From Candidatus Undinarchaeota archaeon (GTDB lineage Archaea; Undinarchaeota; Undinarchaeia; Undinarchaeales; UBA543), in contig CAZWSR010000002.1 of assembly GCA_964636545.1 (NCBI GenBank), positions 32,001 to 96,000 of the forward strand: 64,000 bases of DNA. The letters are read 5' to 3'. The notes beneath the pieces were generated by a model, which searched no databases, had not been told where the DNA came from, and worked only from the letters and a program-made list of their open reading frames with translations. Positions 20,470-29,725 of this stretch are shown here, piece by piece; position 1 is the first letter of the stretch; every line of letters starts with the position of its first letter. The position numbers and the translations under genes are program-made.

Positions 20470-21229
20470 ATCCGTACTCGCGTCGCAGACCTAGATTGTT
20501 TTTGAATATGTGGTAACTGGATTTTCGCATGTGTTTTCTGTGTGGGTGGTTGACGATCATTCGTTTTTCTTTGTCAAGAGAATCCACGAAACTATTTACA
20601 GAAAACTCATCAACGGCAACAAGTGCACTTCCAAGAGTTTCAAGAACGTGAGCATCACTTCCAACAATTGTGGGTAGATTGTGTTTTTTAACCCATTCTT
20701 TCATGAGCACATTTCGATCCATTCTTAATGCAGAATTGTGAGATTCAGCAGCAGTAATGTGTTTGAGTAGGTGTGGGTTGTTATCAAAGAACACAAAACT
20801 ATTTTTTGGTTTTAACCCATGAGAATGTGGAAGAACAACTCGGCAATTGTAGTTTTCTGGTGCTAGCAATAGTTCTTCGTTTGTCAGGGTGGTTCGGTTG
20901 AAATTGAAAAGATTGTTTGAAATTTTGTTTGGCTCTACATTTTTCTTGTAATATTCCTCAAGCTCAGAAAGATTGTAGAAATAAAGAAGAAAATCAGCAT
21001 AAGTTGATGAAGTTATTTCAACACCAGGAACTGCACAATCCATTTCACGATGATGTTTTTGCACAGCGCGGATGTCATTGTGATCCATAAAAATGATGTT
21101 GAATCCCTTGTTCTTTGCATGAGCTAGCATCTTGTCTGGATGAACGCTCCCGTCCGAAAACCTCGAATGGCAGTGCGGATCTACAAGGGTGAGGCCTTCT
21201 CTTTTATACTCTTCAATCAACTGATTCAT
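20456..21229 (-). CDS. PHP-domain phosphoesterase
   Basis: DPHCHSRFSDG, DHN, PGVEI, GSDAH. Confidence 0.88.
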   Translation of the reverse strand: MNQLIEEYKREGLTLVDPHCHSRFSDGSVHPDKMLAHAKNKGFNIIFMDHNDIRAVQKHHREMDCAVPGVEITSSTYADFLLYFYNLSELEEYYKKNVEPNKISNNLFNFNRTTLTNEELLLAPENYNCRVVLPHSHGLKPKNSFVFFDNNPHLLKHITAAESHNSALRMDRNVLMKEWVKKHNLPTIVGSDAHVLETLGSALVAVDEFSVNSFVDSLDKEKRMIVNHPHRKHMRKSSYHIFKNNLGLRREYGFRFR

Positions 21230-21266
21230 AGATACAAAAAGTGCGTTCAACAGCATATAAATGTTT

Positions 21267-22427
21267 TTACTTTAACCAGCGCATTATCAAATAAGTCCAG
21301 ATAAACCAAAGCATATGTTGGTCAAAACCAGTTTCAATCCAGACAATGCTGAGGGCAAGTAAAACAGGATAGAAAACGCGCATTAGCGACTCTTTTTTCT
21401 CAATAGAAATGTAGGCGTTTCCTAAAATAACGCCGAGGAAAAACATCCAAGTTAATGCAAAAATTGGACCAAATTCCATTAATGGCGGACCAAGCATTGT
21501 TGAAGTAAGAGAATTTTCAGCACCTAAGAACTCACCAAGATAGTCACGTGGTTGTGCGTGGTTGAGTAGGAACTTGCCGTGCTCTACTCCGAAAGGCATG
21601 CTCTGATCTAAAACTTGATCATAAACATTGTAAGTTGTGCTTGAGCGCCAGAGGAAAAGGGTTGCAGGATTAGCGAGGCCAGCGACAAAGTAGCCGAGGA
21701 AAAGAACAAGGAGAACTGCTGTTGCAAGGGGAATTAGAACAGTTTTGTTATCTAGTTTTTTTGACTTATATGCTGCAATTGTTCCAGACAAAAGCACAAG
21801 CAAGAGGGCAAATCGGAAACCAGTGAGGGCAAATAAAACTGTGCTGACAAGTATAATCAAATATGCTTGTTTGCGTTCTTTCACATTCATAATCAGCCCG
21901 ACAGAACCAAACATATAGAAGAAAATAGCAGGAGCCCAAGCCCAAGAAGTATCGAGATTAAACCGAAGTGCTTTGTCAAGTAGAGGGATGCCTCCGACTT
22001 GGAAAAATGTGATGACTAGGAAAAAGAAACCAAGAGACATTAAAGCCTTGTAAAATTTGAGTGTCGGACGCTGCCATTTTGAAATTAATTTGAATCCTTT
22101 GAAAGCTATAGCTAAGATAATTGCAGTTGCGAATAAACTAATTTCCCAAGAGAGATTGAAAAAGTTTGAGACAACACTTGAATAATAGAGTGTTAAGAGA
22201 AGTAAAAATGCCAGAGGCAAATATTCATTTACTTTTTTTAGTTTGAATTTTTTAGAAAAGCGAACACCCACGTAGTAGAAAGAAAGGGAGAGAAGCACAA
22301 ACAAGATGCTGAATGTTGAGGGTCTTGTTAGGTTTTTCCAGTAAAGGAAACCAATACCAGCAGTTAGTAAGAAAAAGAAAAATATTGCAATAAAGGATTC
22401 TGGTCGGAAGATATCTATTTTCTTCAT
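21267..22427 (-). CDS. oligosaccharide repeat-unit polymerase-like membrane protein
   Basis: GGIPL, LTGFR, TSTMLGPPLMEFG; multi-TM. Confidence 0.65.
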   Translation of the reverse strand: MKKIDIFRPESFIAIFFFFLLTAGIGFLYWKNLTRPSTFSILFVLLSLSFYYVGVRFSKKFKLKKVNEYLPLAFLLLLTLYYSSVVSNFFNLSWEISLFATAIILAIAFKGFKLISKWQRPTLKFYKALMSLGFFFLVITFFQVGGIPLLDKALRFNLDTSWAWAPAIFFYMFGSVGLIMNVKERKQAYLIILVSTVLFALTGFRFALLLVLLSGTIAAYKSKKLDNKTVLIPLATAVLLVLFLGYFVAGLANPATLFLWRSSTTYNVYDQVLDQSMPFGVEHGKFLLNHAQPRDYLGEFLGAENSLTSTMLGPPLMEFGPIFALTWMFFLGVILGNAYISIEKKESLMRVFYPVLLALSIVWIETGFDQHMLWFIWTYLIMRWLK

Positions 22428-22428
22428 T

Positions 22429-23481
22429 TTATTTGCCGAGGTTTTTTATCATTTTTCCAGGAGTTGTGTAAATCATAGAAAGGAAACTAATTGCAAGATA
22501 ACCAAAGAGATATGTCAAGATATAGAAAGTAAATCTGTCAACAAGAATTACTGCAGTTATTGCGCTAGCTGGAACACCAAGAAGTGACATGATAAGCACA
22601 GCAGACCCCTCTGTTGCGCCAGTTCCACCAGGAACAAATACAAGATAACCAACAGACAAACTAATTGTCATTACAGCAACCAACCTAAAGAATGGGACAG
22701 AAAAACCAAGTCCTTTGAATAAGAACCACAGCCCGAGCCCTTGTAAAAGATACCAGATAAACCCAGCTAAGAAAATTGTCCACAATACTTTTTTGTCCTT
22801 CCAGAGATGTTTTAACATACTCATAAATGCTTTTTGTTTTGAATTAACAGACCGAACGAACTTGTCAGCACTTTTGGCATTTTTGCGAAGGATTTTGAGA
22901 GGTGGGAATTTGTAAAGCCATCGCAAGAGTTTTTCAAATCTCTTTTTTTGTTTGCTAAGTCTGAAAATTACAAACACAATAACCATTGCCACGATTAAAC
23001 AAATTAAGAACCAAATAGCTAAGAAATATTTTAGTTTGGGAATGCCGATTGAAAAGATTAAGTAGAAAGTTGAAAATGACATGAATATGAATGTTGTAAC
23101 CATGAACACCAAACTATCCATTGCATACAAACCAAGACAAGCAGAACCGCGCATCCCTGTTGCTTTTTCCAAATAATATGCTTTTAGTGGTTCGCCACCA
23201 ACACTTGGACCGGGAGTAAGATTATTAACTAGCATACCCGATAATTGAATCAAACAATATTTCCAAAAACTTATTTTTTTCAGTTTAGGTATTTTCTGGC
23301 TTAAGAAATATGTTTTAAATGAAAAAAGAAAAAGAGAAACAGGCCTAATACAAATAACTAATAAAATGTAGATTGGGTTTATTTTAGAAATTGTTGCAAA
23401 AACTTCTCGGTATCCTACGAATTTCAGAAGAGTAACTAACACTATAATGCCCAGAGAAATGAGCAATATGTTCTTCCGCAT
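22429..23481 (-). CDS. UPF0104/AglD2 flippase-like (LPG synthase TM) protein
   Basis: NNLTP...GGEP, PGGTGATEG, DRFTFY. Confidence 0.85.
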   Translation of the reverse strand: MRKNILLISLGIIVLVTLLKFVGYREVFATISKINPIYILLVICIRPVSLFLFSFKTYFLSQKIPKLKKISFWKYCLIQLSGMLVNNLTPGPSVGGEPLKAYYLEKATGMRGSACLGLYAMDSLVFMVTTFIFMSFSTFYLIFSIGIPKLKYFLAIWFLICLIVAMVIVFVIFRLSKQKKRFEKLLRWLYKFPPLKILRKNAKSADKFVRSVNSKQKAFMSMLKHLWKDKKVLWTIFLAGFIWYLLQGLGLWFLFKGLGFSVPFFRLVAVMTISLSVGYLVFVPGGTGATEGSAVLIMSLLGVPASAITAVILVDRFTFYILTYLFGYLAISFLSMIYTTPGKMIKNLGK

Positions 23482-23613
23482 ATTCTGAATAAACTTAGGC
23501 TCGTAAGGATCCACGACACACTTTAGTATTCCCCTTATATACATTTTCCCCGAACAGGAAAAATACAGTATTTCATAAAACTATTTAACTGGCGGACGCA
23601 GGATAGTGATACG

Positions 23614-24336
23614 ATGATAGGACTAATACCAGCTGCTGGTCTTGGAACCAGGCTGAAAGAACTTACAAAAGACACTCCAAAAGAGATGTTGCCTGTTGGT
23701 GGAAAGCCAAGCATAGAGTATGTTCTAGATCAATTTAAACAAGCAGGAATTACTAAAATTTTCATAATTGTTGGCCCGCAGAAGAGTAAAATCTTAGATG
23801 GTCTTGGAAATGGTAGCAAGCTCGGATTTGAAATTGGATATTTGTACCAAGAAAAGGCAGAGGGGCTTGGAAGAGCGATTTATGAGGGAAAGAATTTTAT
23901 TAATGAAGATTTTGCAGTTGTTTTAGCTGATAATTTATTATTTCCAAACACTTTGTTGAAGGACGTTGTTGCAGAACATGAAACAAGTGGAGCAGAAATT
24001 ACACTTGTTGGAAGAGAAGTTGATGACCCAAGTAGGTTTGGTGTGATTGAAAGTGCTGATGGAAAAGTTACTGGGTTGGAGGAAAAACCACCGGAACCGA
24101 AAACAAAAAACGCAGTTGTTGGCATGTATGTTTTCAAGCCAAGTATTTTTGAAGCAATTGAAAGAACAGAACCAGGAGCAAAAGGCGAATATCAGATTAC
24201 TGATTCAATTAAGTTAATGTTGGAAGAAGGGAAAAATATTAGAGTAGTGAAACATGAGGGAGATTGGATAGATATTGGAACAGAAGAAAGTTATGCTGAA
24301 GCGAATAAGAGGTTAGGAGAAACTAAAAATGGTTAG
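23614..24336 (+). CDS. sugar-1-phosphate nucleotidyltransferase (RmlA/GalU-like)
   Basis: PAAGLGTRL, PKEMLPV, EEKP, GEYQITD, WIDIG. Confidence 0.9.
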   Translation: MIGLIPAAGLGTRLKELTKDTPKEMLPVGGKPSIEYVLDQFKQAGITKIFIIVGPQKSKILDGLGNGSKLGFEIGYLYQEKAEGLGRAIYEGKNFINEDFAVVLADNLLFPNTLLKDVVAEHETSGAEITLVGREVDDPSRFGVIESADGKVTGLEEKPPEPKTKNAVVGMYVFKPSIFEAIERTEPGAKGEYQITDSIKLMLEEGKNIRVVKHEGDWIDIGTEESYAEANKRLGETKNG

Positions 24337-24667
24337 AACAAATTTAGAAAAATTCAAAGAAGTTGCAGAATTAGCAAAGTCAGATGAGACTTACGATATT
24401 CATGATCTGAAAATGGAGCATTTAGTTGTGTCAACTACGCGACTGCATGCTGGAAAAGAGACTAAGGGACATAAGCATCCTGGGCAAGAAGAAGAAGTTT
24501 ATTTGTGCTTGGAAGGTTCTGGAAAAATGCAAGTTGGTGAGGAGACTGCTGGTTTTGTGAAAGGTGATTTAGTTACGATTCCGATTGGTAGTTTTCATAA
24601 AGTGATTAATGATTCATTAGAAGATTTGTTATTTTTGTGTGTTTTTGAGAAGTATGAGCGAATTTGA
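24329..24667 (+). CDS. cupin-domain protein
   Basis: GHKH..EEVY, IPIGSFHKV. Confidence 0.85.
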   Translation: MVRTNLEKFKEVAELAKSDETYDIHDLKMEHLVVSTTRLHAGKETKGHKHPGQEEEVYLCLEGSGKMQVGEETAGFVKGDLVTIPIGSFHKVINDSLEDLLFLCVFEKYERI

Positions 24668-25096
24668 TTATTCTTCCAAAACAGTTCGTCTGAAGTTTGT
24701 GAACATTGTCATAAGTGAATTCATTTCTTCAATTATTTGAGATTTCATTTCACTAGTTACTTCCCCTGCTTCAAGTTGATCCCAGCCCTTTTGAAGCATA
24801 CGAGAAACTGCTGGAGCCATTCCAGCTTCTAAAGATAAACTAACGAGAATTTCAACAATGAAAAATGCTTTTTCTGCTATTGGAATTTTTGCTGCCGCAA
24901 TTGCTGGTTGCCTTGATTTTTTCTGATTCTCTTTTAGATTACATTCTTTTTCAAAATCAAACCCCCAAGTCTTCATTACTTGAGATTGTGCTTGCATTTT
25001 AACAGGATCAACAACACCAGTTACAGGATTAATGCCTTTCTTAATATCAGCTAGGATTTTGGAAAGACTGTTTTCAAGTTCGCGCATCGTGGCCAT
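24668..25096 (-). CDS. hypothetical protein
   Basis: 142-aa helical ORF. Confidence 0.5.
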   Translation of the reverse strand: MATMRELENSLSKILADIKKGINPVTGVVDPVKMQAQSQVMKTWGFDFEKECNLKENQKKSRQPAIAAAKIPIAEKAFFIVEILVSLSLEAGMAPAVSRMLQKGWDQLEAGEVTSEMKSQIIEEMNSLMTMFTNFRRTVLEE

Positions 25097-25133
25097 TGTG
25101 ATATGTTTTTAAACAAGGTACTACTTAAGATTA

Positions 25134-25601
25134 TTGATGAGTGGGTTGGTTGTAGGCATAGATCCTGGTGCAAAAACAGGGGTATGCGCACTGAATTTAA
25201 GTGGTGATTTTGTTGGTGTACGAAGTGAGAAAGGATTTTCTAAAGAGAAGATTATTAGATATATTTCTGAGTTGGGTGAGGTGGTCATTATTGCAGTTGA
25301 TGTTGCTAAGATGCCAAAAACTGTGAAAGATATTGCTCAGAAATTTAGAGCTACTTGTTTTGTGCCTAAGAAAAATATTAGCACCTTAGAGAAAGCTCGG
25401 TTGTATAATCGATGGATGGAGAAAGGTGGTAGAAGATTGGCAAACCAGCATGAAAAAGATGCGCTTGTTGCTTGTTTGCTAGCTTATTACGAGAGGCAGA
25501 ATAAGATGAGAAGTGTTGAGAAAAAAGGTGGGGGAGATTTGGTGAAGAAGGCCGTTATTCGTGGGAAGAAGGTTGGGGACGTTATTGGGAAAAGTATATA
25601 A
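25134..25601 (+). CDS. DUF460 (RNase H-fold) protein, short form
   Basis: VVGIDPG, IAVDV, HEKDAL. Confidence 0.8.
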   Translation: MMSGLVVGIDPGAKTGVCALNLSGDFVGVRSEKGFSKEKIIRYISELGEVVIIAVDVAKMPKTVKDIAQKFRATCFVPKKNISTLEKARLYNRWMEKGGRRLANQHEKDALVACLLAYYERQNKMRSVEKKGGGDLVKKAVIRGKKVGDVIGKSI

Positions 25602-25627
25602 ATTATTTACCATATAGTAAATAAATA
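25601..25627 (+). promoter_or_regulatory. 27-bp operator-like site AATTATTTACCATATAGTAAATAAATA, copy 1
   Basis: Between TATA (~25596-25602) and ATG 25627; identical to 27751-27777. Confidence 0.7.
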
Positions 25628-25983
25628 TGGTAAAAACAGTACAAAAAGGTCGGGGACGGCCTGTAAAATCACTAATACGCGACCGCATGCAACAGATTGT
25701 AGATGCGCTAGGCAAGGCCTATGGTTATGAAGTTTACAAAGTTTACAACCAAGTTTTTGAGCCAGTTTGTATTCGCTCAATGTATTATCACCTCAAACGC
25801 GGTTGTGAATTGGGTGAATTTGCTGAAGCAGGGCAGAAGCAAGAGAAAGGGCCATACACCTGGGGCAGAGAGAGCACACACATCTACTATTCGCTTGGAG
25901 AAGCAGCAAGCCATAAGGCAAATAACGACTTGCAAGAACAAGTTAAGAAGCTAGGATTTTCCGTGAGAGAAGTGAAGAAGTAA
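25627..25983 (+). CDS. PadR-like winged-helix protein with AT-hook-like GRGRP
   Basis: AYGYEV...RSMYYHL...YYSLG wHTH pattern. Confidence 0.7.
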   Translation: MVKTVQKGRGRPVKSLIRDRMQQIVDALGKAYGYEVYKVYNQVFEPVCIRSMYYHLKRGCELGEFAEAGQKQEKGPYTWGRESTHIYYSLGEAASHKANNDLQEQVKKLGFSVREVKK

Positions 25984-26450
25984 TGACAAAAATTAAAAAA
26001 ATAACAAGAGAGGAATTTGTATATATGTGGTTAAGTGCTAGCGTAGAAATTTATGGTTCTATTGAAAATGTGATGGAAGAAATAAACAAAAAATTGGACA
26101 AAAAAAACAGAGGAATGCGTAGGTGTTTTATTTTTCTTGCAAGTAGATGGGAAGGTATAGATGGTGTTATAGAGTTTCTGATAGAAAACAACCTTAGGTT
26201 TATAGATGATTATACTATGAATGACCTATTTGATTGTTGTGACTATATGCTTAAAGATATTGATAAATTAAAAAAAGGGTATGAAACGTATTTGAAAATA
26301 TTAAAAGAAAAAAAACAAATAGAGAAAATAGAGGAAGTGATTGAAGAAATTAAAAAAGAGATTGAGATGCATCAGAATTTTAGTGAAAAAAAGGTTGATC
26401 GCGTTATAGAAAAAATGAAGGAAGAAACAAAGAGAAGGTTGGGGGGTTGA
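25983..26450 (+). CDS. hypothetical protein (AT-rich ORFan)
   Basis: 155-aa ORF coupled to neighbours. Confidence 0.55.
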   Translation: MTKIKKITREEFVYMWLSASVEIYGSIENVMEEINKKLDKKNRGMRRCFIFLASRWEGIDGVIEFLIENNLRFIDDYTMNDLFDCCDYMLKDIDKLKKGYETYLKILKEKKQIEKIEEVIEEIKKEIEMHQNFSEKKVDRVIEKMKEETKRRLGG

Positions 26451-27235
26451 AGAAAATGAGTGATAGACGAAAAGTAACTCCAAATTTTTATGCAATGGTT
26501 TTACTACTTAGTTGTTTGAATGAGGTTGAGAATGTGCAAGCCATGAGTATAGCACTAGATATGTTGTTTATTGATGTTGAAAAAAAAGAAAACGGGAATG
26601 TTTTTCTAAAGGGGTTATTTAATATTACAAATGAAAAAGAGTTTGAAAAACAAACAAAAAAACTTAATTACTTAGTTACAGGAGAAAAACCAAAAAAAGC
26701 AACAGCCGCTGCCCTTACTGTGTTTTTAAATGATTGGAGAGAAACCAAAAAAGATATGGTATCGGCGTTGAAAGGTATTAAAAAACAAAGTAAAAAAACA
26801 CAACGTAAAGATAAAAAAACATTAAAAATTCGGGTGTTGCACACCCCAAATCAAGCTGCAAGAATTTTGTTGTTGTCTTGGTTAACACACGACAATAGAA
26901 TAGAAGAGAATTTAGAGGTTATGAAAAATGTTATTTTGCCATTCAAAGGTATAGCTGCTGGATATCTTTTTTTAGGAATAGTATACAAGGTTTCTAGTGA
27001 AGAGAATTTTAGAGAAATAATAATAGAACGTACAAGATTGGGTATCTCTTATGAAAACCCATATAAAAAAACAGCAAAGGCACTTGGAACTTTGTTTGGT
27101 GATGAAGAAGAAGTTGAAAAACTCATTTTGGCTTGGGGAAATTTATTAGAAAAAAAGAAAGGAACGGTGGAACTTCCAGGATCAAAAGAGGGTATTGAAG
27201 AAACTATAGTTGATGTTCAAAAAGTGATTGATTGA
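26447..27235 (+). CDS. hypothetical protein with internal two-fold repeat
   Basis: TPN...LLLS.L, G..FL, P.K.TA.AL each occur twice. Confidence 0.55.
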   Translation: MKKMSDRRKVTPNFYAMVLLLSCLNEVENVQAMSIALDMLFIDVEKKENGNVFLKGLFNITNEKEFEKQTKKLNYLVTGEKPKKATAAALTVFLNDWRETKKDMVSALKGIKKQSKKTQRKDKKTLKIRVLHTPNQAARILLLSWLTHDNRIEENLEVMKNVILPFKGIAAGYLFLGIVYKVSSEENFREIIIERTRLGISYENPYKKTAKALGTLFGDEEEVEKLILAWGNLLEKKKGTVELPGSKEGIEETIVDVQKVID

Positions 27236-27350
27236 GGGGTTGGCTCAAGTAATAAAAGAATTAAAATTGAGTATGGTTAGTAAGAAAGAGTGAAAGAAGA
27301 TAAAAAAAGATAAGTATTTATGTTATAAAAAAGAATTGTGTTTGATAAAA

Positions 27351-27713
27351 ATGACTAAAAAAAACATTGATGTTTTAAAAAAGGGGGCACAAAATGAAGA
27401 TATTGCTTTTGAATTAATAAATAATTGGGTTTCAAAATCGCGGGGTTTTGGGGAGAAATATGTAGATTTAAAGATTTATGTTTTGGAAAAAATGATGAAA
27501 AAGTGTGTAGAAGATGATTTGGGTCCGACTTTTATGCATTTTTGTTATGATATTACAATAAACCAAACTAAAGAATTTATAGATCTTGTAAAACAATTGG
27601 GTTATTTAGTAGAAAAAGAACAAACTATTTTAATATTTGATGAAATTGGAAAGTGGTTTAATTATTGGAGTAATTTAGAAAGATATCTAAAACGTGGATA
27701 TCAACATAGATAA
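27351..27713 (+). CDS. hypothetical protein
   Basis: AT-rich ORF of about 120 aa. Confidence 0.45.
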   Translation: MTKKNIDVLKKGAQNEDIAFELINNWVSKSRGFGEKYVDLKIYVLEKMMKKCVEDDLGPTFMHFCYDITINQTKEFIDLVKQLGYLVEKEQTILIFDEIGKWFNYWSNLERYLKRGYQHR

Positions 27714-28531
27714 AAATTATTCAAAAATTAATAATTTTTTAAAATTAGTGAATTATTTACCATATAGTAAATAAATAGGGTGGTGTGACCCCTTAGTTGC
27801 GAGTGGAGATGATGAAGGTGGTATGTGGTTTGATTTTTTTTATTATATTATTATCTATATGGTAAATATATATATATATATATATATAAATTTTTTCCTC
27901 AAAATTCTAAAAACACTTCTTATGGAAAAATAATTGAAATTTTTTATCACAACCCAAACTAAAAAACCTAATATTTTTTTGATCAATAAAATAAAAAAAA
28001 ACTAAAATATTTTTATTAATATTTTATTTTTCTCACTATTTCCCTTTCTTTATTTTTTATCACCAAATATTATGGGGTGGGTTCACAAATAGGACAAAGG
28101 GCCCCAATAACCCAACGTATTCAGGGGGGCATTCCTCAAACCCTTTTAGGGATTATTCTAAAACCATCAATAACCACCATCAACCCCGCCATTTCCTATG
28201 GACAGTTACTGGTTTTGTTATTTCACTGAAAAACGAATATTTTTCTGTTCTTTTTCTTTTCCTCTTTTTTACCCACTACCCACTACCTACTACCAACCAC
28301 CTTTATTTCCTCTGGAACCCCTATACTAAAACCGGCACCAGTAGAACCCACACTTCATCTGGAACCAAATACTCCAAAAACACCACTCAAAACCTCCAAA
28401 ACACTTCCAGACGAAGCCAAGGGGACACACCCCTACAACAAAGCTTATATACCCTAATTTCATATGCAACTATTAGTCGCATAGGTGGGGAGAATGGCAC
28501 CCATTCTTATGCACTTCGGTGGGTTTATCCA
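27714..28531. other. putative replication origin oriC
   Basis: Gene-free 0.8 kb before cdc6-DP1-DP2. ORB-like boxes: (-)~28184-28203 TCCATAGGAAATGGCGGGG, (-)~28298-28320 GTTCCAGAGGAAATAAAGG, (-)~28347-28366 GTTCCAGATGAAG, (+)~28405-28425 TTCCAGACGAAGCCAAGGGG. AT-rich DUE 27830-28060 with (AT)11; strand-composition switch. Confidence 0.8.
27751..27777 (+). promoter_or_regulatory. 27-bp site copy 2 at left edge of oriC (inverted variant at 27848-27868)
   Basis: Identical to 25601-25627. Confidence 0.7.
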
Positions 28532-29725
28532 ATGGCACAACAAAATCTTCATGACTTATTTGATGACTTTCTAAATCGGGCTCCGCACTTCACAAGGAAG
28601 GACGCGCTCCAAGACACATATACTCCAAGCCAGGTTCCGCACCGGGCTGAGCAAATCAATCAGCTTGCTCAAATCCTGGTTTCTGCACTCCGTGGTGAAA
28701 AACCAAGCAATGTGTTTCTTTATGGCAAAACAGGTACTGGGAAAACCCTAGTTTCTCGATATGTTGGAGAAGAACTTGAAAAAAAGGCTGCAGCTCAGAA
28801 CATGGCACTCAAAATGTGTTACATCAACTGCAAACTTGACAAAATCAACACCGCATACCGACTATTCGCTCGTTTCTTAGCAGAATTTGGAGAAGAGGTG
28901 CCACCAACTGGCCTTCCAACACACGAAGTTTATACACAATTCTTAAACACAATGAATAAACGCAAAGGAATTTTTATCTTGATTTTGGATGAAATTGATT
29001 CACTGGATGACACAGACATTCTCTACAATCTTTCGCGCATAAATACAGAGCTGAAGAATAGCCGAGTGAGCATAATTGGCATCTCCAATGACCTCTCCTT
29101 CACAAACAACCTTGATCCACGCATAAAATCGTCACTTTCAGAGGAAGAACTCGTATTTCCGCCATACAATGCTAATCAAATCAGCGACATCTTAACCCAG
29201 CGCGCAGAACTTGCACTTCAGAAAAACATACTTGATTCTAGTGTGATTCCAAAATGTGCTGCATTAGCTGCTCAAGAACATGGGGATGCTCGCAGAGCAC
29301 TTGATTTGCTTCGTGTTGCTTGCGAAATTGCAGAGAGAAAAGGGTCCCAAAAAATCGAAAGCGTGCACGTTGATGATGCACAAAAGAAACTTGATATCGA
29401 CCGTGTTGTTGAAGTTGTCAAAACCCAACCTCGCCAGTCTCAGCTTGTACTTCACAGCATAATCTATCTTACTGATTTGAATAAGGAAGACATTGGAACT
29501 GGTGATGTGTATGAGGTTTACCAAACATTTTGCAAACAAACCGGTCTCTCCCCACTTACCCAGCGCCGCGTTTCAGACCTAATCTCAGAATTGGATATGC
29601 TTAGCTTAATAAATTCATCAGTTATTTCAATGGGGCGCTATGGCCGAACCCGCAAAATTAAACTGGAAATAAGTGGGCGGGCACTTGAAAAATCCAAAGG
29701 AATTCTTGATGAGGAGTTGTCATGA
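28532..29725 (+). CDS. cdc6: Orc1/Cdc6 replication initiator
   Basis: YGKTGTGKT, LDEID, FPPYNANQ, HGDARRALDLLR, GRYGRTR wH. Confidence 0.97.
   Translation: MAQQNLHDLFDDFLNRAPHFTRKDALQDTYTPSQVPHRAEQINQLAQILVSALRGEKPSNVFLYGKTGTGKTLVSRYVGEELEKKAAAQNMALKMCYINCKLDKINTAYRLFARFLAEFGEEVPPTGLPTHEVYTQFLNTMNKRKGIFILILDEIDSLDDTDILYNLSRINTELKNSRVSIIGISNDLSFTNNLDPRIKSSLSEEELVFPPYNANQISDILTQRAELALQKNILDSSVIPKCAALAAQEHGDARRALDLLRVACEIAERKGSQKIESVHVDDAQKKLDIDRVVEVVKTQPRQSQLVLHSIIYLTDLNKEDIGTGDVYEVYQTFCKQTGLSPLTQRRVSDLISELDMLSLINSSVISMGRYGRTRKIKLEISGRALEKSKGILDEELS

Noticed and set aside
27751-27777. Canonical Xer/dif site
   Set aside because: Arm-6-arm geometry fits, but the inner arms (TTTAC/GTAAA) lack the ATAA/TTAT signature of dif sites; kept only as an alternative hypothesis.
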